A stretch of DNA of 64,000 bases from an uncultured Pseudomonadota bacterium (GCA_963770835.1 CAVYRH010000004.1:128001-192000), one strand, 5' to 3'. Positions 1-9,970 are shown, counted from the first letter of the stretch. Notes: generated from the sequence alone by a model not told the origin. Translations and numbers: made by a program.

Positions 1-11
1 TTAAGATACCG

Positions 12-132
12 GAACAGTCCGCCAATGGCGGAACTGTTCTAAAAAATTCAACGTAACCCCCAAATTCTGGCGGAATTTTAGGGGTCGGCAGGCTGCGTTG
101 TAGCTCTTTTTTTAATTTTTCAGCAGCCTGCC
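12..132. repeat. Cluster of three tandem inverted repeats (REP/MITE-like hairpins)
   Basis: gaacagtccgcca/tggcggaactgttc (12-39); acccccaaattc/gaattttaggggt (56-85); ggcaggctgc/gcagcctgcc (87-132). Confidence 0.6.
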
Positions 133-188
133 AAGAATAACACGGCGCTTATAATGAATGAACCAACATCCTCGTCAAAGGCGGATCC

Positions 189-2369
189 TTGAGGAAAAAT
201 TCCTCGTCATTGGTTTTTCCAACAAAGATTCTTTGGTTTTTGTTCGGCTGGTTTACCCTTGTGAACGGCCTTTTGGCCTTTTCCCCCTTTTTACTTGCCT
301 GGAAAGCGGTGTTGGCAGTGTCCGGGTTGGTTCTTCCAATAGCCTTCGTTTTAAGGCAGGCCCGCCTAAAGTCCCGGCCTCCCAAGCCTTTCTGGGATGA
401 GGAACTTTTACCCCCTGCGCCGGGCTGGTTTATTCCCCTAGTAATACTTGCTGCGGCTTATTTTCGTTTCATCCATTTGACCACCCTCTCCCTTTGGCCC
501 TTGACCGATGAAGCCAAAAGCGGCTATTTCGCGATGCAATTGGCTGTCCATGGGTTAGGATCGGCCCAGCTTTTGTACGATTTCAGCCAATTACCGCCTC
601 TTTACATTTGGTTGGAAGGGATGTTCTTCAAACTGTTTGGCACCTCGCTTTTTTCCCTCTGGTGTTTTCCCGCAATCCTCTCCCTGCTGACGGTTCCTGT
701 TTTCTACCTTGCCGCCCGGATTCACTTCTCAAAGAATTTCGCCTTACTTCTTTTGGGCCTCATGGCCTTCAGCTTTTGGCCCCTCTATACGGGAAGGTTT
801 TCTCACCAGGGATCCCTGCTTTTGTTGTGGGAGTGTTTGACCTTTTGGATGGCGGGGATTTTGGAAAAGCAAGTTCGCAGTCCTCAGTCCGCAGTTCGAA
901 GTAAAAGATTGATCAGCCAATCGCCACCTGTTGAGCTCAACCCGCTGAAGTATGGTTTTTACCTGGGTCTTTTGACGGGCGCGGGGTTTTATACCTTCAC
1001 TTCCTGGCCCAGTGTGGCCTTGGTATTGGCCCTTTGGATTTTTTGGTTTCACCGCAGGATCTTCGTTTTCTTCCTGGGCGGCATGATATTGGTCTACCTG
1101 CCGTTGGGAGCCGCCTGGCTTTATAACAGTTATGGCGGATATATCCAGCACGTCTGGGCGCTCAACCCGGGCGAAGCCTGGTGGCCCCAAGTCCTGCGGG
1201 GCTTCTGGGACCTTTCCGCTTTTTTCTGGAAGTCGCTCGTTCCACCGAACCTATTCGCCTATAAGCCTTTTTGGTGCGGTTATCTCAATCCATTTTTGGG
1301 AGCCTGCTTTTTCCTGGGAGTGCTCGTTTTTTTCCGGCAAGGTTCCGCTTCCGGAGTTAAGTTTTGGTCCTTGGCTTTCATCCTTTTTTACCTTCCCGGG
1401 TTTCTCACCGGCGGTGTTGAGATGTTCCGTGTTCTCCCCATCCTGCCCCTTCTTTTATTGGGTGCGGCTTTGGGGTTCTCGGCGCTTTTGGCCTCCGTGA
1501 GGTTTTCCTGGAGGTGGCCGGCCCTCGGATTGTTCTTCCTGCTTTCCTTGGGAATGGATAGCTACCATCTTTTCGGGGCCTACCAAGGCCTTTGGACCCA
1601 TCCCACCGACAATTGGTTCGCTAGCAAGTCTGTGGACCGGCTAAGGGCCTACACCCTCTTGGACGATCTGCAAAGGAAATCAGGCCCCGGCCTCATCCTG
1701 TCCGATTTAGTGCCGGATCTTTACGACCAAAGCCTTTCCCTTGCCACCTTTGAGTTCAACGCGACGGATAACCCCCGCCTCGACCCCTCGAAGGCCCGGT
1801 GGGCCGCCCTCCTGACCAACATCCATTACGAGGGCTGCCTTGAGAAGCAATTCCCAGGAATCCAATGGATCTGGCTGGCTCCCGACATGGGTTGGCCCGA
1901 TGGAGGGCTCCTGCTGGCGGTTATCCCCATGCCCTGTGCCCATCCGGAAGCCTTCGCCCGGCTTGTTCAGGCGGACCAGGCCATGCGGGAATTGGTGCCG
2001 CTGGTTTACGACAATCGCGACTACAAATCCCGCCAACCCGTGGTGGAAAAGCTCTTTTCCCTCTACCCACTTTTCAAAGGGGGACCCTTTTTGGAGTCCT
2101 GCTTTTGGGAGAAAATAGCGGACAACGCCTATGGCGACCGGAATTACGAGGCCCAAGTGAAAGCCTTGCAAGAGGCCATTGAAAAAGGGTACCCTGCGGC
2201 ACATCTTTACAATGACCTGGGGGCCCTTTACTTCAGGCGGGGCCATTGGAAGGAAGCCCGCGATGCCTTTGAGAAGGCCCTTCATTGCCCGATCAACCAC
2301 ACTTCCGCGGCGGCGGGTCTTCGGATGTTAGAGGAAGCCGAAAAAACCGGGCAACTTCCCAAAGACTGA
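189..2369 (+). CDS. Polytopic membrane protein, GT-C (ArnT/PMT, GT39-like) with C-terminal TPR
   Basis: Many TM segments; 'RFIHLTTLSLWPLTDEA' and 'PPLY' luminal-loop motifs typical of GT-C; C-terminal TPR 'AHLYNDLGALYFRRGHWKEARDAFEKAL'; TTG start uncertain. Confidence 0.75.
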   Translation: MRKNSSSLVFPTKILWFLFGWFTLVNGLLAFSPFLLAWKAVLAVSGLVLPIAFVLRQARLKSRPPKPFWDEELLPPAPGWFIPLVILAAAYFRFIHLTTLSLWPLTDEAKSGYFAMQLAVHGLGSAQLLYDFSQLPPLYIWLEGMFFKLFGTSLFSLWCFPAILSLLTVPVFYLAARIHFSKNFALLLLGLMAFSFWPLYTGRFSHQGSLLLLWECLTFWMAGILEKQVRSPQSAVRSKRLISQSPPVELNPLKYGFYLGLLTGAGFYTFTSWPSVALVLALWIFWFHRRIFVFFLGGMILVYLPLGAAWLYNSYGGYIQHVWALNPGEAWWPQVLRGFWDLSAFFWKSLVPPNLFAYKPFWCGYLNPFLGACFFLGVLVFFRQGSASGVKFWSLAFILFYLPGFLTGGVEMFRVLPILPLLLLGAALGFSALLASVRFSWRWPALGLFFLLSLGMDSYHLFGAYQGLWTHPTDNWFASKSVDRLRAYTLLDDLQRKSGPGLILSDLVPDLYDQSLSLATFEFNATDNPRLDPSKARWAALLTNIHYEGCLEKQFPGIQWIWLAPDMGWPDGGLLLAVIPMPCAHPEAFARLVQADQAMRELVPLVYDNRDYKSRQPVVEKLFSLYPLFKGGPFLESCFWEKIADNAYGDRNYEAQVKALQEAIEKGYPAAHLYNDLGALYFRRGHWKEARDAFEKALHCPINHTSAAAGLRMLEEAEKTGQLPKD

Positions 2370-2391
2370 AGTTAATAGAAAAGGAGATTTT

Positions 2392-3849
2392 TTGAGTTCA
2401 CCGTCATTCCAGCGTCCACCCGAGGTTCCGCCGGAAATCACCTTTATTTCCCTGCCGAAGGCCATGGCCCAGTTTCATCACCTGCCCATCCACGTGCCGG
2501 TGTGGATACACCGCCAAGAGAAGATCCAGAAAAAAGGTTACGACTTCAACGAGGGAGCCCGGGTCATGGAGGAGCTTTTGGCGACGGCGCCCGGAGTCCC
2601 CGGGGCTTATCTTTACCAATTGTTCGTCAAAAAGTGGCCTCACTTGATGGAGGTTGCCCCTTACTTCGAATCGGGACGCGTCGTGGAGGCCATCCCGAAG
2701 CTGGTGGAAGTGCTCGATATCGACCCCGAGTGCCCGCTGACATGTTTCCAGCTGGGTTATTGTTTCCGGGCCACGGGAGAACTGGAAAAATCCGAATCCT
2801 TCTATAAAAAAGCCCTGAGGATGGCCCCCGAGGCAGGATGGATTTACAGCAACCTGGGGCGCACCTACCAGGCCATGGACGATAAGGCAAAGGCCGCAGA
2901 GGCCTTTTGGAAAGCCTTGGAGCTTTTGCCGGGGGACCATTTTGTATTGGAACAATTGATCGGTCTGGGCGAGATATTCGTCATACCGGGGGAAGCGGGC
3001 AAAGGGGACATCTCGGCGGCTTTTGTGAAGCGGGCGGATTACGAGAAAAAGATGAGGGAGGCCGTTGAGAAGGAAACGAAACCGGAAACACTGGCGCAGT
3101 TTGGATGGCGGTTGCTGAAGGACCGGCTGGTGGACCTGGCCTGTTACTGTTTCGAAAAAGCCCATAACTTGAAGAAGGATTTTAAAGAAGCCCTTCTGGG
3201 GCTGGGAACGGCCCACTTGGAGGCAAGCCGGGTCCGGGAAGCCGAGCGGTTTCTGTTGGAATACTTGGATGAAAATCCGGATTCCGCCACGGCCCACTTG
3301 AACCTCTTCAAAGCTTACCTGGCGGGCGGGGAGATGGACCTGGCGTGGGATGAAATCCAAACCGCCGTGCGCCTGGACCCGGCCCGGCCTGAGTCGTTAA
3401 AACAGTTTTACTACCTCTTTCTCCAAACCGGCCGCAAGGAGGATGGCCTCGAAATGCTGGGCCAGTTGGCCCTTCAACACCCGTCCATCTCCACGCCCCT
3501 TCTCGTGAAGGCCTGGGCGCTGACGGAGGACCAGCAATGGCCGGAAGCCCGGCAAGCCCTGGACGAAGCCTTGAAGCGGTCTCCTCATGACGAGGAAATC
3601 CTGCTTTTTCTTACTTCGGAGCTGGGTAAAAGAGGACAGCGGGAGGAATTGATCCGCCTCCTTCAGATGGAAGACATACCCTTGCCCCTCTCGCTGACCA
3701 TTAACTTAGCCCTCGCCTACAGCCAAACCGGCCGGTTGGAAGAAGGCCAAAAGATATTGAAAGCTTTCCTGGAGAGGCCCGGACTGGAACCCATGGACCG
3801 GGAAAGGGGAAAAGCAATATTGAAGGAATTTGAGAAAGACAGCCAGTAA
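2392..3849 (+). CDS. Tetratricopeptide repeat protein
   Basis: Multiple TPRs (e.g. 'IYSNLGRTYQAMDDKAKAAEAFWKALEL'); AAGGAG RBS before TTG. Confidence 0.85.
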   Translation: MSSPSFQRPPEVPPEITFISLPKAMAQFHHLPIHVPVWIHRQEKIQKKGYDFNEGARVMEELLATAPGVPGAYLYQLFVKKWPHLMEVAPYFESGRVVEAIPKLVEVLDIDPECPLTCFQLGYCFRATGELEKSESFYKKALRMAPEAGWIYSNLGRTYQAMDDKAKAAEAFWKALELLPGDHFVLEQLIGLGEIFVIPGEAGKGDISAAFVKRADYEKKMREAVEKETKPETLAQFGWRLLKDRLVDLACYCFEKAHNLKKDFKEALLGLGTAHLEASRVREAERFLLEYLDENPDSATAHLNLFKAYLAGGEMDLAWDEIQTAVRLDPARPESLKQFYYLFLQTGRKEDGLEMLGQLALQHPSISTPLLVKAWALTEDQQWPEARQALDEALKRSPHDEEILLFLTSELGKRGQREELIRLLQMEDIPLPLSLTINLALAYSQTGRLEEGQKILKAFLERPGLEPMDRERGKAILKEFEKDSQ

Positions 3850-3852
3850 TCC

Positions 3853-3931
3853 TTAGTTATTGGCAATTAGCCAAAAGGGAAAGATGTAATGTAACCGGTG
3901 GAATAATGGTTTTGCTAATTGCTAACAGCTG
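3853..3931. repeat. Heptamer-periodic inverted repeat between convergent genes (possible terminator)
   Basis: ttagtta-ttggcaa-ttagcca-aaa versus ttttgctaattgctaacagctg. Confidence 0.5.
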
Positions 3932-3934
3932 CCG

Positions 3935-4474
3935 TTAATCGTCGAGGGAGATGGTACGGGTGGCCGGAGCGGAAGAATTCACTTCCCCAATCTTCCGGTG
4001 GAGCATGGGGCGGATGACGAGGCTTTCCCCTTGGTACAACTTTTGGGCCCGCTCCATATCGGCTTTCTGGGTGTCCGACAGGTAACGGCAATGGTTCAAA
4101 TGATCCTCCACCAGGCAAAGGCCCGTGCCCGGTTTCTTCCAAAGCTCCAGGAGATTGTCCAGGACTATGACCGGGCTGTTCATTTCCTTAATTTTTTCCT
4201 GGTCCACGGCGTGAAGGCCGTCGTAGTACACGAACAAGTAATCCGGATGGAACTTGAATTTGATCTTGCGGGCCGCATCGACGAAAAAAACACCAGCATC
4301 GGAAACCACCAATTGGGTGAAGCGGTCGTTGTTGGTTTGCTTCCGGAAGGCGAGAAAGCGGACCGGATCCACGGAGACGCCTGCGTAACCCAGGTTGCGG
4401 AATTCATCGTAAATTTGCTTGTTCATGCGCCCGAGCGCGTCCACCTGCTCAGGCCTCATCGGTTCCAAAGACAT
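3935..4474 (-). CDS. Hypothetical protein (~179 aa)
   Basis: Protein-like composition; ATG (MSLEP) preceded by GAAGG; TTG at 4498 is an alternative start; no recognisable family. Confidence 0.65.
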   Translation of the reverse strand: MSLEPMRPEQVDALGRMNKQIYDEFRNLGYAGVSVDPVRFLAFRKQTNNDRFTQLVVSDAGVFFVDAARKIKFKFHPDYLFVYYDGLHAVDQEKIKEMNSPVIVLDNLLELWKKPGTGLCLVEDHLNHCRYLSDTQKADMERAQKLYQGESLVIRPMLHRKIGEVNSSAPATRTISLDD

Positions 4475-4637
4475 ACAAACCTTCAATCGTTTTAACAAAT
4501 TTGTGTTGTATTACAGTAAGTCCCAATTTCAATGGATATTTTAACATTTTTCCGGGGAGAGGGAGGCGGATTGGACGGAAAATGTGAGTTTTTAGGCTTC
4601 ACGATCAAACTGAATGTTGAAACGCTTAAGAAGGGAG

Positions 4638-5183
4638 TTAAGAGTCCTGGGGACGGTCCAAGGCATAGTAGGTCCGGGGGGTCTTAAGCAGGATGAAACC
4701 CATCGCGAAGAACAAAAGGTCCCGAAGGACAGTCAGCCAACTCATTTTTTCGCCTTTGCCAAAACAACCGCAGTCACAATCAATGCTATTGAGGACATCC
4801 CAGGTGATAGCCAAGGTATAGACGGCCATCAGGCCACAGAAAATAAGCGCCGCTCCCCGCCACCGGAAACCAAAGATCAAGCAAAGTCCGGTAAAGAATT
4901 CAAGCCAAGGAACAACCACCGCAGTTAAAGCCTGCAGGGAATCGGGAATGAAGAAGTAACATTGCTTGATCAATCCCAAGAAATTCACCGCATCCCCAAT
5001 TTTGTCCAAGCTGGCGCCGAATAAAAGCCAGCCGCAGGCTTGGCGTAATAGGGTCGCGGCCAGGGTTTCCCCCTCTACCCGGGGAAGGGAATAAAGACGG
5101 AATTTCGCCCCGGCCCAAACCAGGAGAAAGAGCAGGCTTAAGCCTGACAAGGTCAAGTCGTTGAGGATGGCGTCGATTTTCAT
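4638..5183 (-). CDS. MauE/DoxX family redox-associated membrane protein
   Basis: 'VVPWLEFFTGLCLIFG' and 'IDCDCGCFG' motifs; ATG overlaps the stop of the upstream rhodanese gene (ATGA). Confidence 0.85.
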   Translation of the reverse strand: MKIDAILNDLTLSGLSLLFLLVWAGAKFRLYSLPRVEGETLAATLLRQACGWLLFGASLDKIGDAVNFLGLIKQCYFFIPDSLQALTAVVVPWLEFFTGLCLIFGFRWRGAALIFCGLMAVYTLAITWDVLNSIDCDCGCFGKGEKMSWLTVLRDLLFFAMGFILLKTPRTYYALDRPQDS

Positions 5184-5818
5184 GGTTGCGCACCCTGGGT
5201 GACGGGATAACCCGCTTTTTTCCAATCCGGCCAACCGCCAGTGAATATTTCGACACGAGTATAGCCTGCATCCCGCAAAGCCTTGGCCACCTGAAGGGAT
5301 AAATCGCAGTCTCCACCGTGGCAATAGGTAATGATTTCCTTGGTTTTATCCAGCAATTGGGGCATGACAACGGGAGCGAATTTCTCTGGTTCATTGCCGT
5401 AAAAATTCAAAGCGCCGGGAATATGTCCTTCCTCGTATTCCTCGGGCTTCCGGGCGTCGAGGAAGACACAGGCCTTCTTATCAAAGCGCTGTTTGACACC
5501 CATCAAACTCAGTCGGGGAAAGGAGAGCTCGCCGGGCAAAAGAGTGGGAGCCTTTGAAGAAGATGTTTGGGAAGAAGACGGGGGGAGAGACGGAAAGCCG
5601 ATATAGGTCACTGGGGTGGAATTTACAACAAACTGTTTATAAATCTTGGGTTTGAATTTCAAATCAATTCCATCGACGTAAAAGGCGTTGAAGAGGACCG
5701 CGAAAAAGGACGAGAAAACGAATAAATTCCAGGCTTGCCGGAGGACGGCTATTGCGGGAAATGAAATAAGAGAATCAGAAGGATTCTGGGAGAGTTTTGA
5801 GAGCTGTTTATGTCGCAT
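5180..5818 (-). CDS. Rhodanese-like domain protein with N-terminal TM helix
   Basis: 'FLDARKPEEYEEGHIPGALN', 'ITYCHGGDC', 'GGWPDWKKAGYP'; start uncertain (5818 or 5857). Confidence 0.85.
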   Translation of the reverse strand: MRHKQLSKLSQNPSDSLISFPAIAVLRQAWNLFVFSSFFAVLFNAFYVDGIDLKFKPKIYKQFVVNSTPVTYIGFPSLPPSSSQTSSSKAPTLLPGELSFPRLSLMGVKQRFDKKACVFLDARKPEEYEEGHIPGALNFYGNEPEKFAPVVMPQLLDKTKEIITYCHGGDCDLSLQVAKALRDAGYTRVEIFTGGWPDWKKAGYPVTQGAQP

Positions 5819-5904
5819 AGGAGCTTCTATTGTCAAGGGACAGCTCTCCCTTTTCAACCTTCATCACTATCGAATCAAAACCAGAAGAGGATATTTTCTC
5901 CTTT

Positions 5905-6055
5905 GAGTACTTGGACCGAGCTGCCACCTGGCCGTGTCACGTGCTGCGCACGCGGCCAGGTACACGGCTAGGTCCACGGGCATAGCCCGCAGGACCTGGG
6001 CAGCCGATAAAGCCGAAAAACCCGCCAAGGAAGGGATGTAGATGGGAAGGTGCTC
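5905..6055 (+). ncRNA. Candidate structured non-coding RNA (unassigned)
   Basis: Nested stems gagtactt/aggtgctc, gctgcc/ggcagc, acctggccgtgt/acgcggccaggt, taggtcc/ggacctg, cgggc/gcccg; mismatches are G-U compatible on the + strand. Confidence 0.5.
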
Positions 6056-6125
6056 CCGGCTAAATTCTTGGGTTTTGCCGGGACTTCTTGGGTAGAATAG
6101 GCCCGCCTTTCAAGGAGGCCTTTGC

Positions 6126-7235
6126 TTGGCCGCACAGATCAAAATTTCCCGCCAGAACATCTTCGTTATCGCCTTTTTCGTCCTCCTGATCGGCCTTTTT
6201 AGCCTCCTCTATTCGCTTTTAGAGCCTTTCTTGCGCGCCTTTGTTTGGGCCACCATTCTCGTCATGGTGTTTTATCCCCTTTATTCCCGGCTGCTTAAGG
6301 CGACGGGCAAGCACGCTTCCTTATCGGCCCTTATTTCCACCCTTGTGGTCCTTACCTTCCTCGCCCTCCCCGGCTTTTTCCTGGTGGTCAACCTGGGACG
6401 GGAATTACCCAAAGCCTATGCGTTCCTTTCGGGCGCCCAATGGGACGTGAAAAGCCAATGGGTGATGGATAAGTTGAAATCATTCAACATGGGGCCCTGG
6501 CTCCAATCCTGGGGAATAGATTCGAGCCAGTATGAGGCGGTCATTCAAAAACAAATTTCCACCGCCTTGGAAGGTTTTGCCCAGCTGGTTTTGCAAAAGA
6601 TGTCCTATGCCTTTGAAAATATCGCCTCTTTCGCCCTGGAAATAGCCCTGGTTAGCATAGCGCTTTTCTTTTTTTTCCGGGATGGCTCTCGGCTGGCCCT
6701 GAGGGCCACCGAACTTATTCCCTTGGAAGAGAAACACCGGATAAAGGTTGTCCATACTTTCTCCATCACCGTGACAGCTGTAGTCCGGGCCATTTTCCTG
6801 ACGGCCGTGATCCAAGGATTCATGTCGGCCTTGGGTTTCGTGGTGGCCGGGGTGCCGGTTCCAATCCTGCTTGGATTGGTGGCCTTTATTAATTCCTTTA
6901 TCCCATTCCTGGGGGCGGCCTCGGTTTGGATTCCGGTAACCATTTGGCTGATGGTGCAAGGGAATACGCTTGCGGCTGTCGGGTTGGCGCTTTGGGGATT
7001 GGTCATTACCGCAGTGGACTACGTCATCAAGCCCTGGATCATTGGAAACGAAGCCAAGCTCCCCCTCTTCTGGCTTTTCTTCACGACGATCGGGGGACTG
7101 AAGGTCTACGGCCTTTTGGGGGTTTTCTTGGGGCCCATCATCCTTTCCTTGGGAATGGCCTTCCTGGCTATTTACCGGGAAGTCTACTTGAATTGGCATA
7201 AGCCAGCTTCTTCCCCGCGAAATTCAAGCCGTTAA
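6126..7235 (+). CDS. AI-2E (PerM/UPF0118) family transporter
   Basis: 'FFFFRDG', 'SFIPFLGAASVWIP', 'GLLGVFLGPII'; AGGAGG RBS before TTG. Confidence 0.9.
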   Translation: MAAQIKISRQNIFVIAFFVLLIGLFSLLYSLLEPFLRAFVWATILVMVFYPLYSRLLKATGKHASLSALISTLVVLTFLALPGFFLVVNLGRELPKAYAFLSGAQWDVKSQWVMDKLKSFNMGPWLQSWGIDSSQYEAVIQKQISTALEGFAQLVLQKMSYAFENIASFALEIALVSIALFFFFRDGSRLALRATELIPLEEKHRIKVVHTFSITVTAVVRAIFLTAVIQGFMSALGFVVAGVPVPILLGLVAFINSFIPFLGAASVWIPVTIWLMVQGNTLAAVGLALWGLVITAVDYVIKPWIIGNEAKLPLFWLFFTTIGGLKVYGLLGVFLGPIILSLGMAFLAIYREVYLNWHKPASSPRNSSR

Positions 7236-7349
7236 TCCTTTCGGTCTCAACCGCGCCAAGAGGCGCCCTTTGTGGCTGAGATAGTTGCTTTCTTTAAAGG
7301 AACCACCAAGAATAATCCGGTATCTATCTTTGGGTTTTGGGGAGGAATT

Positions 7350-8498
7350 ATGCGGTACCGTTGGCTGGGGAACACGGGGCTTCGGATCAGCGAAATCGGC
7401 TTTGGCGCTTGGGCGATCGGCGGAGCCTGGTGGGGCCCCCAAGATGACACGGACTCGCGCTTGGCGTTGCACCAGGCCCTCGATATGGGTTGCAATTTCA
7501 TCGATACCGCCTGGGTTTACGGCGACGGCCACAGTGAAAAGCTGATCGGCTCGGTCTTGAAGGAACGCGGCGAGCGGCCCGTAATCGCCACCAAGGTGCC
7601 ACCCAAGAACTGGCAATGGGACAACGAACCCGGCACCCCCCTCTCCGAGACCTTTCCGTCCGAATGGATAATCGCCAAAACCGAGGAATCCCTCCGGAAC
7701 CTGGGGCTCGATTGCGTGGACGTTCTCCAGCTCCATACTTGGTTGAAAGATTGGAACGCCCAGGCGGACCCGGTTTTGGAAACAGTCGCGCGGTTGAAGC
7801 GAGAGGGTAAAATCCGAGCCTTCGGCATTTCCCTGAGGGACAAGGGGCCGGAGGAGGCCAACGACCTCATCCGGTGGAGGCAGGTGGACAGCCTTCAGAT
7901 TTTCTTCAACCTTCTTTACCAGGACCCGCTCTGGAAAGTTTTCTCCCTTGCTAAAGAATACGGCGTGGGCATTATCGCCCGTGTTCCCATGGCTTTCGGC
8001 GCTTTGAGCGGCAAGTTCACCTCCAAGACCCGGTTTTACGGCGACGACCACCGCCGGAACCTTTACGTGGGGGAAGGTTTGACGACGACCCTGAAGAAAG
8101 TGGAAAAGTTAAAATTTCTAGCTTCCCGTGCTATGCCTTTGGCCGAGGCCGCCATCAAATGGACATTGGCCTACCCGGAGGTCTCCACCTCCATTCCCGG
8201 CATTCGCAATCCCCATCAGGCTCTCCTTAACTGCGCGGCGGGTGACGGTGCGCCGCTGGCACACGCGGCCGTTCAAAAGGCCGAAAAACTTTACAGGGCC
8301 AATTTCGGACTGCCGGTCAAGACCGTTGTAACCGAAGAGGGGGTACCCGCGGTATTAATGTCTGGGATCAAATTGGCGGCCAGGTTGCCCAGGAAGCCAG
8401 CCAAAACTCCCAAGAAAAAATCCCTCATCCGGAAAACTAAAACCGTGAAAAAGGTGGAGAAAAGGAAAAAGTCCACCCCTAAGAATAAACGCAAATGA
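7350..8498 (+). CDS. Aldo/keto reductase with Lys-rich C-terminal tail
   Basis: 'MRYRWLGNTGLRISEIGFGAWAIGG', 'NFIDTAWVYGDGHSE', 'VIATK', 'VDVLQLH'; GGAGG RBS before ATG 7350. Confidence 0.92.
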   Translation: MRYRWLGNTGLRISEIGFGAWAIGGAWWGPQDDTDSRLALHQALDMGCNFIDTAWVYGDGHSEKLIGSVLKERGERPVIATKVPPKNWQWDNEPGTPLSETFPSEWIIAKTEESLRNLGLDCVDVLQLHTWLKDWNAQADPVLETVARLKREGKIRAFGISLRDKGPEEANDLIRWRQVDSLQIFFNLLYQDPLWKVFSLAKEYGVGIIARVPMAFGALSGKFTSKTRFYGDDHRRNLYVGEGLTTTLKKVEKLKFLASRAMPLAEAAIKWTLAYPEVSTSIPGIRNPHQALLNCAAGDGAPLAHAAVQKAEKLYRANFGLPVKTVVTEEGVPAVLMSGIKLAARLPRKPAKTPKKKSLIRKTKTVKKVEKRKKSTPKNKRK

Positions 8499-9070
8499 TC
8501 CAACCTTGGAAGAACAACAAAAATTGGATCGATTATGACTGCGGTTTTTTCCAGGTCCACGCGCACCAAAGCGAGTCTCCCACGACCGGAAAGGAACATC
8601 CCTTTTTCGTTCTTTCCACGAGGGATTGGATCAACGTGGTGGCCCTGACGAAGGACCGGAAAGTTGTTATGGTTTCCCAATACCGGCACGGTTCGGGAGA
8701 GGTGAGCCTGGAGATTCCCGGCGGGGCGGTGGATACGGGCGAACCGGCGGAGGAAGCGGCAAAACGGGAATTGCGCGAAGAAACAGGTTATGAGTCCTCC
8801 CAATGGCATTTTTTGGGGAGCGTCAGGCCCAATCCCGCGATTCTCAGTAATACTTGCTATCTTTATTTGGCTTTAGACGCCGAACGAACGTCGGAGTTGG
8901 ATTTGGATGAAGCGGAAGAACTGGAAGTGAGCTTACATGAACTGAAGGATGTTCCCGCAATGATCCGTGACGGCCGAATCCGGCATTCCCTCGTCGTGAC
9001 GGCCTTTTATTTTTACCAACTTTTTGAAAGGGAAGGGTCCCCCGCGAGGGGAGAAGGTAAAACCTTTTAA
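8495..9070 (+). CDS. NUDIX hydrolase (ADP-ribose pyrophosphatase-like)
   Basis: Nudix box 'GGAVDTGEPAEEAAKRELREETGY'; ATGA overlap with the AKR gene. Confidence 0.92.
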   Translation: MIQPWKNNKNWIDYDCGFFQVHAHQSESPTTGKEHPFFVLSTRDWINVVALTKDRKVVMVSQYRHGSGEVSLEIPGGAVDTGEPAEEAAKRELREETGYESSQWHFLGSVRPNPAILSNTCYLYLALDAERTSELDLDEAEELEVSLHELKDVPAMIRDGRIRHSLVVTAFYFYQLFEREGSPARGEGKTF

Positions 9071-9212
9071 GGATTTTTGCCTAATCTGTTACACTTTTAT
9101 GCGAAAGCAATTGGGGAAATGAAAAACACTCTTGCGATTCTGAAGTTTAGTGGCGTAGGATTAACCATAGGTTAAATTTAACATATCAGCCCTGATATGA
9201 AAGAGGTGTAAC

Positions 9213-9797
9213 ATGTCCCGTATTTGTGTTTTCATCGACGGAAGTAATCTCTACTTCGCCCTGAAGCGGAATAACAAGATGACCCGGGTGGATTATTATC
9301 AATTTTCCCTGGCCTTGGCCGGCGAGCGCCGGAAATTGGTCCGCACCTACTACTATAACGCTGTGTTCGACGCGACCCATTTCTCCGACAAGGCCAAGAG
9401 CCAACAATCCTTCTTCGACTCACTTGATCGGACGCCTTACCTGGAATTGCGGCTGGGGCGCATCATCCAAAACCGGGAAGGCCACCGGATGGAAAAGGGA
9501 GTGGACGTCCGCATGGCCGCCGACATGGTCTATTACGCCGCACGAGATTCCTACGACACGGCCATCGTGGTCACCGAGGACCAGGACTTTTCCCCCGCTA
9601 TGGCGTTGGTAAAAGAATTGGGGAAGCACGTTGAATTGGCGGTGTTCCCCGACGCCCAGAGCCGGGAAATGATTCGGGTGGCGGACAAGATCCTCAACCT
9701 TGAGGAAATCGTGAACGCCCATGCGGCCCATATCTTCCCGCCGACCCAAAACTCCGAGGAACGGGCACCTGACGCGGAAATGGCTTTTGGCGTTTAA
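9213..9797 (+). CDS. NYN domain (LabA/DUF88) protein
   Basis: 'VFIDGSNL', 'EKGVDVRMAADM', 'VVTEDQDF', 'VKELGKHV'; GAGG RBS. Confidence 0.9.
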   Translation: MSRICVFIDGSNLYFALKRNNKMTRVDYYQFSLALAGERRKLVRTYYYNAVFDATHFSDKAKSQQSFFDSLDRTPYLELRLGRIIQNREGHRMEKGVDVRMAADMVYYAARDSYDTAIVVTEDQDFSPAMALVKELGKHVELAVFPDAQSREMIRVADKILNLEEIVNAHAAHIFPPTQNSEERAPDAEMAFGV

Positions 9798-9814
9798 CCG
9801 ATAAACCTTAGTAA

Positions 9815-9854
9815 AAAATAAAAACCCCCGGGAATTCCTGAGGGTTTTTATTTT
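9815..9854. terminator. Bidirectional rho-independent terminator
   Basis: aaaataaaaaccc...gggtttttatttt hairpin between convergent genes. Confidence 0.75.
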
Positions 9855-9970
9855 AGGGCCCATGTTCTTCAATTCCCCAGACCCGGCCACACGCATCCCG
9901 TCTTTGACCTATTTTTTGTCATTAAATGCTAAATGCAGTTTGGTCTTATTTGGTTCAAAAACTGCCGTTT

